The notes under the pieces are model-generated. The model made no database searches and was not told the origin of the DNA. It was given only the letters and a program-made list of their open reading frames with translations. Position numbers and translations under genes: made by a program. DNA of 64,000 nt from Iphione sp. A-MEVVRFRX5 (lineage: Eukaryota): positions 13,764,001-13,828,000 of the forward strand of contig OZ320314.1 of NCBI GenBank assembly GCA_976226885.1. Reading direction: 5' to 3'. Below, in pieces: positions 50,601 to 63,115 of this stretch (its first letter is position 1; each line of letters opens with the position of its first letter).

Positions 50601-51584
50601 ACTGAGGTTAACAGTACAGAGGATTTTGCACTGCACTCATATATACAAAGGCATTGTTTATTCTAAATAAAAAGTTTGGAATATCATGATATGTATATAT
50701 GAAATTAGATGTCGATAGACAGCATAGTATTAGCAGTTTACTGATCCCCTGAGCACTATGTCACTATATTATGCAGTTGAAATTTTCATGTCTACACACT
50801 AACATGCTAGAGGCCGATGTCATCTGCAAATTTACCTAACAGTATATGCAATATGGAATTAAATAATACAACAGCATCACTGGCGTTACAGTAACATGAT
50901 AACATAACAAGAGATATCTCTTTGATAAACAAAGATATAGTGAACTGAATTCACCCAGTTATAGCATTGTAGGAGGAACTAAATTAGGATATGTATGCCT
51001 ATATATAAGTGGATGTATGTGCGTGTGAGGGATTAATTGCATAAAATCATTTATTCCATAAAAAGACAAAATTAAACTTGACCATCATAATCAATGCCAA
51101 CAAATTTAATGTAATTAATCATAAACATTGATTTTATGTTTAAGCATTATTAGAATCATTGATATATTAATCTTGTATTGTATTTAATAATTGCACCAAC
51201 AGTGTTTACTTCTTAAGAGCAATACTATGAATCAGAACATACCTCGTTAACACTTGTCAAATCCAGAGGGTAAAAAACTGGCACAACAGTGATCCATGCT
51301 ATGATACAACCAAAAGTGAGACCTAATGGAAAAAGCAGTACAGCTTCACCTCTGGTGTATGCTTCAGCTGGGATCCCAAGGACCAGAACAGTAGAGAATA
51401 TAGATGCTGTAAAAGACAGTGCAATGACAATCACATTCAGGTTTCTGTTCCCAACTAGATACTCATGTGTTGACTTGGTATGTCTTCCTCTGTATGCAAA
51501 AACACATCCTATGATGACAGTGATACCTAGTGTCCCAGCAAGCAGGACATACTCGACCCAATGCAAAGGTTCTGGAGCACTCAT
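35573..51584 (-). CDS. Gene B span: paralogous sodium:solute symporter, SLC5A5/6/8/12-like, 15 coding exons, 589 aa
   Basis: Exons 51584-51243, 50547-50479, 49304-49253, 49139-49072, 48966-48886, 44946-44873, 43269-43129, 40915-40780, 40562-40477, 39368-39256, 38272-38115, 37993-37809, 36193-36084, 35827-35724, 35623-35573. Exon lengths equal those of gene A counted from its MSAP ATG, 1770 nt, no internal stop. Intron 14 has a GC donor. Contains the NIS-like LSTASTNLNS motif in TM9. Confidence 0.93.
35724..35827 (-). CDS. Gene B exon 14
   Basis: tag acceptor; AAG|GCAAGT non-canonical donor. Confidence 0.78.
36084..36193 (-). CDS. Gene B exon 13
   Basis: TYDDPLIKFYSVSYLW...; ttgcag/GTGATG. 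Confidence 0.9.
36730..37450 (-). mobile_element. LINE RT fragment in gene B intron 12
   Basis: FDMKKTFDLV, HPQGSLFG, CADDLSI, GWCS...LSEQKC, KLLG (track ORFs 36769-37433); absent in A. Confidence 0.85.
37809..37993 (-). CDS. Gene B exon 12
   Basis: GVSVGSISG...MASV; tag/GTAAGT. Confidence 0.9.
38115..38272 (-). CDS. Gene B exon 11
   Basis: VIIGVISTALG...FINWI; ttcag/GTAAGA. Confidence 0.92.
39256..39368 (-). CDS. Gene B exon 10
   Basis: TASTNLNSGATNAFED...; ttacag/GTAAGT. Confidence 0.92.
39879..40340. mobile_element. Tc1/mariner-type MITE, 462 bp, with internal 10-bp tandem repeats, in gene B intron 9
   Basis: TA|CAG...CTG|TA; imperfect TIR sharing CAAAAACTGAACA; empty TA site in A near 12362; gaatttggct-like decamers. 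Confidence 0.8.
40477..40562 (-). CDS. Gene B exon 9
   Basis: LIPYFITNDLNIPGIPG...; ttgtag/GTTTGA. Confidence 0.92.
40780..40915 (-). CDS. Gene B exon 8
   Basis: CLVIVLILSCALL...GCDP...NPNQ; ttacag/GTATGT. Confidence 0.9.
43129..43269 (-). CDS. Gene B exon 7
   Basis: VRADPTIHYTIW...QSSMQRY; ttcaag/GTAAGT. Confidence 0.92.
44873..44946 (-). CDS. Gene B exon 6
   Basis: AMDSVGG...QNIA; ttcag/GTAAGT. Confidence 0.88.
45972..47003. mobile_element. Non-autonomous piggyBac-type element, 1032 bp, in gene B intron 5
   Basis: TTAA 45968-45971 and 47004-47007; TIR CCCTTTCCTGAC / CCCTATCCTGAC. Confidence 0.85.
48886..48966 (-). CDS. Gene B exon 5
   Basis: GGIRAVIWTDVFQ; ccaag/GTAAAT. Confidence 0.95.
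49072..49139 (-). CDS. Gene B exon 4
   Basis: TGFPVWGMVLILG...; ttaag/GTGAGT. Confidence 0.92.
49253..49304 (-). CDS. Gene B exon 3
   Basis: VLRTGMCLFGPSIALQA; tttcag/GTGGGT. Confidence 0.9.
50479..50547 (-). CDS. Gene B exon 2
   Basis: YLRLRFKSN...; ttatag/GTAAGT. Confidence 0.92.
51243..51584 (-). CDS. Gene B coding exon 1 (MSAPEPLHW...LTSVNE)
   Basis: ATG at 51584; upstream acceptor taactag ending at 51612; GTATGT donor. Confidence 0.93.
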
Positions 51585-52575
51585 CTTTCCTTTTCCCAGG
51601 GATGTTGCCACCTAGTTAAAGAAAGAACATAAAAATACATTTCCTCATTGATTTCTGTGCCCGTTTTACTATATAATATTTATACAATTGTTTCTTGTAT
51701 CAATCAATCTCTGGGTGTGCTGGCATATGAAGTATACCAACTTGTTTTCCAAAGCCTTAAAACCTCATGGTAAAGATCAGTGTTCAGTTGCTACCATTAG
51801 TGTTATCTGTCATAGTTGGATAAATGTATATTCCTTGTATGCACAGAGTATGTTTGAGTCTCATGGAGTACTGTGATGCATTGTCCATGTGACCATGTCT
51901 ATATGTGGGCACATTGTGTGTATGTTATGTAGTACCTCACTACAGAAACAAGGAAACATAATTATGCTTTTACTGTTGATTAAGACCTTTCCCAAGCATG
52001 CTATATGACTACATACCACATGTTACATACTACACATATGCATTAAAATATGCCAGCTGTTGTACATCACCAATAACCGGTGCAAAAATATACTTGGACG
52101 TATACATAATATAAAAACATCAAAACAAAGATAAATATTAACATGCATAACAATCGCTAAACAAAAAGTGTTAAAAATCTAACTGTAAGAATGGATGGTG
52201 TCACTAACAAATTTTGTTTCTTTTATCTTCCCAGCATGGCAAACAGTATCCCTCGGAATGTATCTAATGGTATTCATGGATCCTGTGAGATCTGGAGCTG
52301 TGATACAGTCATAACTGTTAGCAGTTATACTATGATGATTGTGATAATTTCACTAAGGATCATTCTTGGAGAAATAACTTGAATGCTAGCTGTCAAACAT
52401 AGGGTTAAATAAATAACATTTGGGTTCATTTGAGTAAATTGTCATGAGTTTACGAACCAATAGCTGTTTTCTAAAGCCTCAAAACCTCAGGGTAAGTTGT
52501 CTCCCACTGAACGTTGTTCTGCAATAATCCAAAGTGGAACATGAACCTCATAGTGTTGTATATTCACAACTACAT

Positions 52576-55152
52576 TTCAAGTTCAAGTTCAAGTGTGTTT
52601 ATTGATTTCTCTCCAGAAGAACATTAAAGGTCCTTATGACAACATGACCTTGTTAGATCAACAACTCCCTTAAAGATCGACTCCATTGGACAAACTGGAG
52701 TGACCAAGCCCAAGCCCTCCAGACCGACTCGGCATACCCAGCATACCCATCTTGCTTTTCCTTATCTCGGGAACATCAACGTTCCTTTCCAAATGCATAG
52801 TCAGCAAGTTCCCAACATTTCATGACGCAATTCAAAGCAATCCAGGCAGGAGTGAGCAATTCCCCTCTTTCACAAACCCATCTGAAAGGCAGTCACTAGA
52901 TCAAAGAGAACTCACACCTTGCCATGACTCAATCTGAGAGGGATCCGACAGGTGAGGAATATTTCTCCTCTTTCTATAGGCATACCTGCCAAACTCCCAC
53001 CTGTGTAACTCCGGTCCGAATTCCTCCCCGAATGAGCTGAGCTCGGACCCCGGCCCCTTCAAAGAGGCTGGGCCCTTTCTCATTGTCCATCTAGTTAGTT
53101 TCCCTGCCCATAAACCAAGTGTTATGACCGTCATGACAGTTTTGGGTCCCCTTTTAGCTTAAACTGATGTTTATGACTCTCATCAATCTTCGTCAGAAGA
53201 TTGTGCAATTCTCAGGGCCCTCATTTGTCTTTTCCTGGAATCCCTTTGATCTTTTGGGACCCGCCGTGCAGTGCTTACTTATGTGAGCCAATGGGAAGAG
53301 TCCCCTCTCCCAACCCTCCAATCGGAATAGTCCCTTTTCAGCCAATGGAAAGAAAGGACTTGGGACAGAGTTCGTATATAAGAAAAAGCTCCACATCCCC
53401 TTATCATCTGACCCCATCATCATCTGAGGTCTGAGTTCCATCTAGCTTACTCTTTACCTTTCTATCAGAAGTCTCTAGAAGCGGCCGAGACCAGACCAGA
53501 GTCCTGCTGGAGGAGTCGTCCACCTCGCAATCTTCATCAAGCACCCGTTCACTAGGAAGGACTCCCCATCCAGAAGGACTCTAGGTCTCCGTCCAGATGT
53601 TCGAACCCACAGGCTCTGGTCTGGCTCGCAAGCCCGCAATTCTCCTCAATATGTAAGCTCAGCTCTGCCACTGATCTGTCATCCATAAGCCGCTGTCAAG
53701 GGAGGAGAGTATCATCCCTCTGATGTGCTCGGAATAAAGCCCTCTTTAAAACTCACACTCGGTTTTAGTGTTCCTTGTTTCCACCAGTATATCACCCCAC
53801 TCGAAGAGACCGACTAAGTACTCTCTGAACACTTAGAATAAAGCAACACGGGACGTGTGACCTGTTAGGAAGCTTTATTAGTCCCTATCGAAGAAGGAAA
53901 TCATTGGATTGAAGGCCCCAGACTGGAACCAGCACGGGCAGCAGACGAAGAAGATCATCACGGACTCGAGGACGCCCCGAGATAAGAGGTGCTTCATTCA
54001 TCACTACCCACCCCATACGATCCCCGAGGAAAGTGGAATCCTCACCTCTCGACAACATCACACCGATGGCGGTGTAGTGTAGTGGAGACATATCAAAACA
54101 ACCACACATCCAAGACACAGACAGAGAAGTAACAATTTTGAACTGTAGTTGTCGACAATTTCACAACCTCACTTCAAGGTATTTGATGCTAATTGGTTAG
54201 TCCAACAGTTTGGTCATGGAGATTAACTATACCCCCAAACAGTGTCTGTCCCACAAAAATCAAGGCAGTTAGATGGATTGATCAGACATATGCAACCCTT
54301 CCTACAAGACTTGTCACAGTAGTGGGGGATGCTGCAGTTTGTTACCTGCCTTAACAGTCGCTAGAAGAGCATTCCAGCACAAGACGCCATTGTAGCATAG
54401 TGAGTTGTGATACCACATTGTCACAGGCTTCGAGGCAGCACCTTTCATAGTGACACCACTTCTCCTCAGAGCTTTCTTACAGACAGGGATGAGCCCAAGT
54501 TTCATCTGACAATGAACAGCCCTTAGTTCTCTATCCTGCACCACATCCTTGATGTGCCTGATTCCCAGCCTTTGACAGAGCATCTGACTTTTGAGATAGG
54601 CAAACATGGGCACATCTTTTTGGTGAATCTGAAGCTCCACTAGGTGCGATTCTGACATGCCATAGTAAAGTGGAGCATGGTACATGATGTGTATTAGCAG
54701 TAAGGCCTGAAAAAACTTTAGGCATTCTTGCATTAGGATCAACCTCTTTATCCTTGGATGGCAGCTCCCAAAGTTGTTCTCTTAAGACACTTCATGTCAT
54801 CAATGAAGGACAAGTTGCCATCCAGGTACCGGAGCAGCTTGGTTGTTTCCTCTCGCTTATGTGGCATCCCACCTATTGTCAGGTCCAAATCGGTTCATAC
54901 TGCATTTCCGATTGGGAGGTAGGTGCACTTGTCAGTGCTCAGATGGAAGCCTTCTGACTTACACCAAATATGACACCCTTGATTGTTGGGTTGCAGGCAC
55001 TCCTAAGGTAATAAAGGTCAGATGATTTCACCAATACTGATAAATCATCTGCCTACATGATAGGTGTGCCCCTGCCTGGTAGACAATTTACAACATTGTT
55101 GATAACCATATTGAAGGCCCCAGGCCGGAAAATGAACCTTGGGGCACTCCTT
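52576..55152 (-). mobile_element. 5'-truncated LINE with (CTTGAA)3 tail, upstream of gene B coding exon 1
   Basis: GVPQGS, *ADDLSV, WCKSEGFHLSTDKC, and C-terminus in track ORF 54314-54742; AATAAA followed by (CTTGAA)3 at 52576-52603. Confidence 0.8.
53120..54133 (+). mobile_element. GC-rich LTR-like insert nested in the LINE 3' part; right end uncertain (53831, 54108 or 54133)
   Basis: Starts TGTTATG; two GCCAATGG boxes, TATATAAG near 53375, AATAAA near 53733; no perfect TSD found (ACCAAG/TCCAAG if the end is 54108). Confidence 0.5.
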
Positions 55153-57007
55153 GCCTTGTTCAACTTTGGTTTATTGAGGAGCAAACAGCAGAAGCAACAG
55201 GTTTGCAAATCTGGAGAGAGTGTGTCCACTCCTCAGCTGTAACAATTATACAATTTTCAACTGTCAGTGTCACCCTAGGCATTCTTACCCAATATTCCAA
55301 TAATTGTAATGGCACACCATAAGACTAAACAACACACAGCTGCAGCCAACATCTAAAAGTCATAACATACCACAGTCCACACATGTTTACATGCTGTGCC
55401 AAATTCACCCTGGCTATACTAATACACAGACACGCCACATGTGCCTCATATAGATTTTGAACAGTATTCATAAATTTACCTATAATACTATATACTCCAC
55501 ATGAAAGCTCTATTTCACCAAGTATACCTTGTCTACATAAGTAGCACACAAAGGTAGCTAATGGTCCACTTACCTGTTAGTCATAGCATGCTGCAAAAGG
55601 CAGACAGCACACACTGATAATTATACTGGAGGTCACACAGGTACACACTTAATCATTTAGAAAGTAAATACACTATTTTCAGAACAATAGTACATAATAA
55701 ACCAGATTTATGTCATTGAAAATATGATATACAGGGCCCCTATGAATCATATGCCAAAATAGACACAGAAAGAATAGTGTACAGCAAATCTTTATAGGGA
55801 TAGAAACTTCAATTCATCAATTGAATGATGTGGCCTTAATTACACAGCATAAAAAGGATATGTTAAATTGTCCGGTGTAGGACACGGCAGACACAATACA
55901 CACTGAAGGATGAAATACTAAATAGATAGTATACCATGCATGATACTGAATGACATATTCAAAGGCACAGTTTACTTTAAATATATCCTGAAAAGGTTTC
56001 TTTGGTCTCCCTGCAGGTAGCTCTTCATGATTTGAGTGCAAAACAAATTTGTTTGCAAAACTGTATTTGTGCCATTAGCCTCATGTACTGAATTAGACAA
56101 AATATCAATACATGAATTATAGAGGGTATATATTTATAATAAATGCAAAACTTGACTTGTAACGTCCGTGATCATTCAATTGCAAACCTTTCTAGGCAGG
56201 ATCCAAGTAGATTTACCACTTTACAAGTAGCTTGATTTTGAATAAGTTATGTCATAATTATCTTTCCTCCAGGTACGTTTCCTCCAGTATGTTGCAATAA
56301 ATGTCACATGTAACTTAAACTTTATATCACCTCTCCTTCCCTGTTAAAATAACCCAACCCTAATCCTCCGAATTCCTCAACTACGAAAGAAATTCCCTCT
56401 CTTACTATTCCTTCAAGTATTTCAACATTAACATGTACTGTCTAAAACTGACTCACTAACCAATTTTGCTAACTAAGGAATTGATTTGTATATTGATAAA
56501 CTACAAGATAGTGTCATGTTCTATCCCTTATCCAGTAGGAAGAGGAAAGTGATGCAGCTTAGAATGGCAGCATATTTGACTCTAAGATAACAACCATCAG
56601 TCACATTGAAAGCGTTTTTCATTTGAATACAGTACAGTTGTGTATATAAACCCTGGATTTGTGAGTGATTTATTGTGAGTCATTAAGTTTATGTATAATG
56701 GATGTGGTAATAATAATGATAGAAATAATTGTATTAATTCCAAGTTTTGTCCTAACGGACAGTCTTCACAATGGGGAATTATAGTTATAAGACAGTGCCC
56801 GATACATTACGGACAAAGTCAGGTGATGATGATGGTGATAATTGATTTGCAACCAGGTATATAATAGTGGTATCTGGTAAAGATGTATGAGTGTTTAACC
56901 ACTAATCTGCTCTTTAATAGATTTTGGTTGGTTGGTAGGCAACTCCAGTACATAGGTAATTTGCTTTGGAGGCAAAAATATGTCTGAAGGGCACAGACAG
57001 ACACTAT

Positions 57008-57528
57008 TGTAGTGGAGATGTGCCTGCCATCTGCTAGTTACTCACCACGCGGTATGAGTATGAGTTAAGAATAGACATCAGGGTTGATTGTTATTGCGTA
57101 ATATGGTGTCTAGGTATTGCATAAGAGTGATCATGTGGCTGCACCAGTAACCACTCCGGTAATCTTACAGGAGCAACTATAGGAGCAACCAATCAGGAGG
57201 TTACAGGAGTTATTTTTGGCAACAGTGTAGACAGAATATCTGGATGATGTTTATTTTTAGAGCAGGAGCCAGACATAATGTCCAGAAAATTACTATTTTA
57301 AGCAGCAGGTCCAGACAGTTTTTTTGACAGTCACAGTGTCATGTTACTTTTCAACAGGAGTATATAAAGATGTACTTTTTCCAGTAATAAACAGTTATTC
57401 TCTCAATTGCACTCAGAGAGAGCAGCATTCTAGCAGGCTAAATTTCTACATTTTGAGTGAACCATATTTTAAGATTGTTGTCATTATTTCTCATCGCCTT
57501 CCTTGTCAGAGCCCAAACTCACATTACA
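57008..57528 (+). mobile_element. Solo LTR, 521 bp, same family as 28113-28683
   Basis: TGT...ACA; TSD CTAT/TTAT; one CCAAT; TATATAAA at 57361. Confidence 0.8.
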
Positions 57529-58899
57529 TTATAATATTTTTCCAGCTAGATAAGGTTAATATCAGGTAATGGACTCCAACTGTTTCATTATTTTGTTTTT
57601 TTCTCTTCACATTTGTTTGCAACCATAGTTCATACAAAGCAGTTTGTTTGATTGAAATAGTCATACAACTTCAATACAAGTATAAAATAACAATTTACCG
57701 AAGATGTAAAACACCTATTGAATAATATTTTGATCAGGAATAAAGAAACCAGCAGATATCAAAATATTTCAGGTCCAACTACTTCTTGCCTATGCACATT
57801 TTACACAAGGGGAATCTGTGGCTTATTATCTGGAGAACAATTTGGGAAAAGTAGTTACAAACAAAAAGAACTGGTGCTACATAGTAAAGAGATACACAGG
57901 TGTGATACAAATAAATAGATGAGAAACAGTGATAAGCACATATAATCATCAAATAATCATCAGGCATAAGCACGCTAAATTACACAGAGCAACACAAAGT
58001 TGGCAAATGATATAAACAGATTGATACTGAGCATTACAAATTAACAGATGAATTTTGTACAAAGTAAGTACCGGATAATGGACCATGTATCACAATTTAG
58101 CAATTTAGCAATTTCTCTAGCTATTTAATATCTGTGATGTCATACCAGCATATCAATATAATCAAGGGTTATTCGACTTAACAGACAAGGTGTTGACTAA
58201 CAAATGGACATGAGAAAAGGTATGGCTATCATACACTAGACTGAAAAATTACGAGAGAACATATGTTAATACAGTGGCTCCATAAGAGCTGACAATAATA
58301 ATCCCATCACATGACACTGAATCACTAGAGCAGCAAGACATTACAGCTTACCGTGTTAATGAGTAAAACTATCACACAAGTCATATCCACAGGTCTATGT
58401 GACATATCTCAATGGAGATCACAGAAGAAATGCAGATGCACTGTATGATACAACCATACTCTATGCAGTACACATAGGCAATAGTAATAGACGTAACAAT
58501 ACGTGCACAGAGCATCATCCTCAGATATAGCTAGGCAGGCACTCCACATTTGATGGAAGTTTTCAATAGCTTCACCAAAATGTAATTGTTGTCAATTGTA
58601 CTAGCTTCAACTATGACCTTGCTGCCATTGCTCGGTAACATCCTTAGTATTATCCTGATGTTGGCTCTATGTAAACTACTGGATTCTAAATTGAGCTTAT
58701 GTGATACTATCCTATGTGTCATTTGTTACCAGTGTGATTTTTCCCACTGGTGCCTTTATTTGCAAACAATCATTTCTGAGAATTTGTATGCTTTATACAC
58801 TAACTTTTGTTGTATTGATGCTCATTTGCAAGGGAGGGACTTGCTGGGGTAAAAATTACTAACACCTTTAGTATGTGAGACATAATTGTACTTGGAAAG

Positions 58900-59580
58900 G
58901 ATATAATCCTGGCAACAAATACTCAACAATGTATCATAATGTCAGGTAAAATAAAACTTTATGTAAAAAAAAAGATTTGCCTCAAGTTGACAATGAAAAA
59001 TGTATCTAATGGAGATTGGCTCAATAAAGAAATCAAATAAAGTAGTATCTTTAAAGTATAATATATAATCTATTCAAATCTAGACTATATACCTTGGATA
59101 GCAGAGTGCTGGATTGGATGTCATCCCAAACCAACACTTAGACACACTGGCTAGCATTAATGTTCCTATACCATGTTGTACCTTCTCAGTTAATTCACCT
59201 CTGAATCCATTTTTCTTTCACCCGGATGTTTTTATACTGCATTGCATATATCCATTTTCCAGAATAAACATTAGTACTAGAAATAGAATAGATGCTCTCT
59301 TCCCTGGTAATTCCAGTTTTGAGAATCCTTTTATTTGATGTTAGACTTGGCATCACACAATATCACCACAACTTAATACATTGATTTCTGACAAAGGGTC
59401 ATATTAATATTTATCTTCTGATTCCAGACCAAGCACATATCCAGGCAGCCAGTCTCATCTTCACTCACTCTTATCTCTTTAGCACATTCTCTTGTCATCT
59501 GCCTAGCCACATTTGGCCCATTTGGTCCAATAACATTCTGGTTCTTAATTGATCTATTTAACCCATTATTCTTCATATTG
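58900..59580 (-). mobile_element. Very degenerate CR1-like RT remnant
   Basis: ADDKR and TEKVQ-like remnants among many stops. Confidence 0.3.
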
Positions 59581-59587
59581 TACTTAA

Positions 59588-60654
59588 CCCCTTACCGTCC
59601 AGTAATGGTAAAATCGTACATATATGTACGATGGGACTTGGTGAACATGTACAAAAACTAATTCTTAAGCTACCATTATCATTTTTGTCCATATAAGCCC
59701 AGAATATGATGTTTTTCTCAGGTTTTACCAAAAATATTACTTTTTTAACAGGGGAGCCACTGAAACTGATCACATGACCTTCCTCATTTGCATAACTGAG
59801 CTATTGCTATGTTTGGCATGATACATGTTTGTTATGATGAAAGCAAGCCCTTGGATATTTGAAGTAATATATAGATTTGCAATCTTTTTTGAAGTAATAC
59901 TATAGAATTTGAGTTCATGTTTGAATTTAGGCAACTTTCTGGTAGTTTTTAGTCTTTCTTATTTACTAAAATAAACTACAACAGACCAATATCAACTACA
60001 TCTCCACCAACACTGGATATTTATGCATAATGAGATGCATCACATATAGTGCTGTGCTATAGGTAAACACACTATACCTGCCAGATATCTTGAAAATGGC
60101 ATGTTTTCTACAAATATTACATAGAAACTCTTACAGTGACTCACAAGAATTTAGATTTAGCTGAAATAATTTAATTGGTTACCATGGTAACACCTGAAGC
60201 CTGCTGATGCAATATCAGTGATGCAGCTGATGCATATGACTCTACACTTTTTTAGGTGCAGGATGCAAATTGGCACATTGTGATAGAATGTACTTAATCT
60301 ACATACAATAACAAATGAGGTATTAAAATATAGCAAATCACTTACTTAACATTTGCTCAATAGTAAATTTTTCTCTAAAGACAATATTTAAAACCCTTTC
60401 TAGACATTTAATGTCAATAAGTGGAAATTTCTCAATATTTTCATAGGAAATGGTCTATACTCAAGACTCTCCTGTTACCATGGCAACTGAAGTGGAAGAA
60501 CAAAATTGATGCTAAATCAAAGTGTAATTCCTAAGGTTTACAGTGATGTATGGTATTATGTCAGCTCCATTAGAAAACAACTCATAGGAGTACAGCTTAA
60601 CTTTTACCTCTAGTCCCAGTGTCAAAAACATGAATTTACATGGACGGTAAGGGG
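59588..60654. mobile_element. Non-autonomous piggyBac-type element, 1067 bp
   Basis: TTAA 59584-59587 and 60655-60658; perfect 14-bp TIR CCCCTTACCGTCCA. Confidence 0.92.
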
Positions 60655-61369
60655 TTAAGCTACAATGCTCCAGCTGACAGCCCACACCTCATGCCTGATT
60701 GTAGATGCTTAGCACCTTTATCTGTCCGCTATATATTAAAAGCCTTTCTTTTAATAAAATTATATTGCTTCCTTCTGTTTTGTGAAACATGGGGGGCAGA
60801 AAAGAAAAAACAGCTTCCTAGTTGAATATAAAGCTCTTCATGTGCTGGTGAATGTGCCGCTCTCCATTACATCTACTTATATAGATTAAGGGAGCATGTC
60901 CCCTCAATTCAGTGGATTTGTCCAGGATGTCACACTCCTAAATTCCTATATTACCCACAGTACTTTTCTGACTGTCCCTTACAAAAAAATACCGTCCTTA
61001 TAAAAAAAATTATCTGTATGATACTGGTTATACCTAGTAGCCCAAAATAGAACCATGCTGAGCCCAGCAAGACATATGCAGTTGAAACTCACATAGAAGC
61101 CAAACTGGAGGATTTAGATTTACACTTCAAACATTAACACAGTTGATTACAATGTGTTACAACCTGACCATATCAGTGCAGCTCCAATGTATGGGACTGT
61201 GAAACAAATATATTGCTATAGCTCAACACCCTAGAACTATAATTGACTGCATTATGTTAAATACCTTTTAAAGTCGGATGCACTCTCTCACCTTATATTC
61301 TGCCTATTATTTTGGAGCAAAGTGTTATCAAAACCTGCCAATATCAAAACCAGCAATATAAACCTTACA

Positions 61370-61615
61370 CCATGGGGTATAGGTAAACGTTATACCTTAG
61401 GGTATAAGTAAACATTACATCTTAGGTTCCAGGCTAGCTTGACACCTTAGGGTATAGGTGGAAACTTTTAACCTTAGGGTCTAGGTAAACCATATACCTT
61501 AGGTTTCAGGCTCACCCTAACCCTATATCTTACGGTATAAGTTTACCTTATACCTTAGGGTCTAAGTACAAATCTTAAACCTAAGGGTCTAGATAAACCT
61601 TCAACTTTAGGTGTG
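61370..61615. repeat. Degenerate ~25-bp minisatellite containing TTAGGG hexamers
   Basis: Unit approximately ACCTTAGGGTATAGGTAAACCATAT; TTAGGG at 61397, 61447, 61474, 61555; CCCTAA at 61515. Confidence 0.75.
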
Positions 61616-62094
61616 CCAGTGTTGACCCTACAGCTCCCAGCAGTACAGTCAGTATTCCTTCTCAGTCAGACATATGTCAAGTACTTTCTCAATAAGAAGT
61701 AAGAAGTCTGTTAGTACAGCCGTTTGTATTTCTGCAACAAAGAACAAAAAGGCTTTTGATACAAAAATTTTTAATTCCATAAAACAGACCATTACATATA
61801 AGGCAATAGACATATCTACAGTGTATAGGCACAAGATCTTGACATAGAAAAACCCTAACAGGACACTTGTACACAAATACATAGGAACTGAGATAAAGGA
61901 CACAAGAAATATTATCTCCCCTTGAAAACAATCCCGGGAAATCATTGGAACTATAACTACTTGAACGTGGGGACACCATCACAAATATGTTAGAGCTTGT
62001 GATGCCCAAAACACTGCATGCAAATTAAAAAGAAGTATATTTGTTCTCATAGTGTCATGAAATTACACATGGTAAAGAGTATGCATTATTAAGT

Positions 62095-63115
62095 TAATTT
62101 GTATCTGCCCATGTCTGAAAATATGTAGGATGGGCTGAGCAATGCACTTAGCAGAAACCACAGTGTGAGTGTATTGTTTTGACAGCTACAAAACTATATG
62201 CAGAGGCCCTAAGTGAGTTGTCCAGTTGATGCTCAACTATGCGAACTACTAATACTAAGTCTAGCCTAGGCTACCAAAGTGTGAAGGGTACTATGAATAA
62301 GTATTTATTTCTCCTTTTTCTCTCTTTACTCTTCCAAAACTACAAGGGGTTGATCTCTTTCCCACCTAACCCCCCCCCCACATGACTTTTTCTGATTAAT
62401 TCACCTGTTGATTCCTATTTTTATTTTTAATAATAAAAAAGATGAAAGGTAATGAAATAAAGGTTGAGCAATTGCAAAACATTTTATTATGATCAACCAA
62501 CAAGATACAAAATACATTGAGTATCAATTGTACCATTGAAAGTCTGATATATTCTGCTTGTATTTTCTGTTACCAAGTCCATAGTTTCTCAGTTAGATTA
62601 CTTATAAGTTTCCAATTAAAGTGTATATAAAATCTTTTGTAATTTTTTTTCCAGCCAGTAGTAGAAGGCATGAGATTGTCTGCCTTTTTGGTTGCTAGGC
62701 TACAAGCCACAACAAATACATATACCACTGGTAACAAAGGTAGGCTTCACAGAACCTGGTTGCACTCAGTAAAGGGAACATCTAGCCGCGTTCCACATTT
62801 AATCTTTAGTAAAATTGTATATTCTGTAAACGTATGTTGCCAGACTTAGGATAAAGCATTGTTACACTGTGTCTTAAAAAGAGTATATAATTTGTGACAT
62901 AAAGAAGAGGAAACGCACAGAAAATACTATTATTCAAGCACAGTGCACCTCTTCTTGGTAAACGTTACTTTATGCTATTTTGTGTGAAGCCAAAGAATAA
63001 ATCTGTACCTACGGTATATATGATATCAAGTGCATAATCTTTGTGGCATGCATTACAAAGCTCAATGAAGGTTGCTACCACAGTAATAAAAGAATGATAA
63101 AATAAAAAAGTATAA
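62095..63115 (-). mobile_element. Third, more diverged copy of the same LINE segment
   Basis: Colinear with ~2590-3600 (tttgtatctgcc, tccagttgat, ccaagtcc...gattacttataagttt, gaagcacagtgcacc/caagcacagtgcacc, ttgctaccacagtaa). Confidence 0.7.

Larger units (their letters stand above)
31337..57577. repeat. Tandem segmental duplication unit B
   Basis: Direct (head-to-tail) copy of unit A, interrupted by unit-specific TEs. Right end approximate. Confidence 0.85.

Noticed and set aside
54078-54091. TGTAGTGGAGACAT identical to the start of the solo LTR at 28113
   Set aside because: Similarity stops after 14 bp; probably chance or a tiny fragment.
61370-61615. Telomere, interstitial telomeric array or CRISPR
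   Set aside because: Hexamers are isolated within longer degenerate units; there are no tandem TTAGGG runs, no unique spacers and no cas genes, and the context is eukaryotic.
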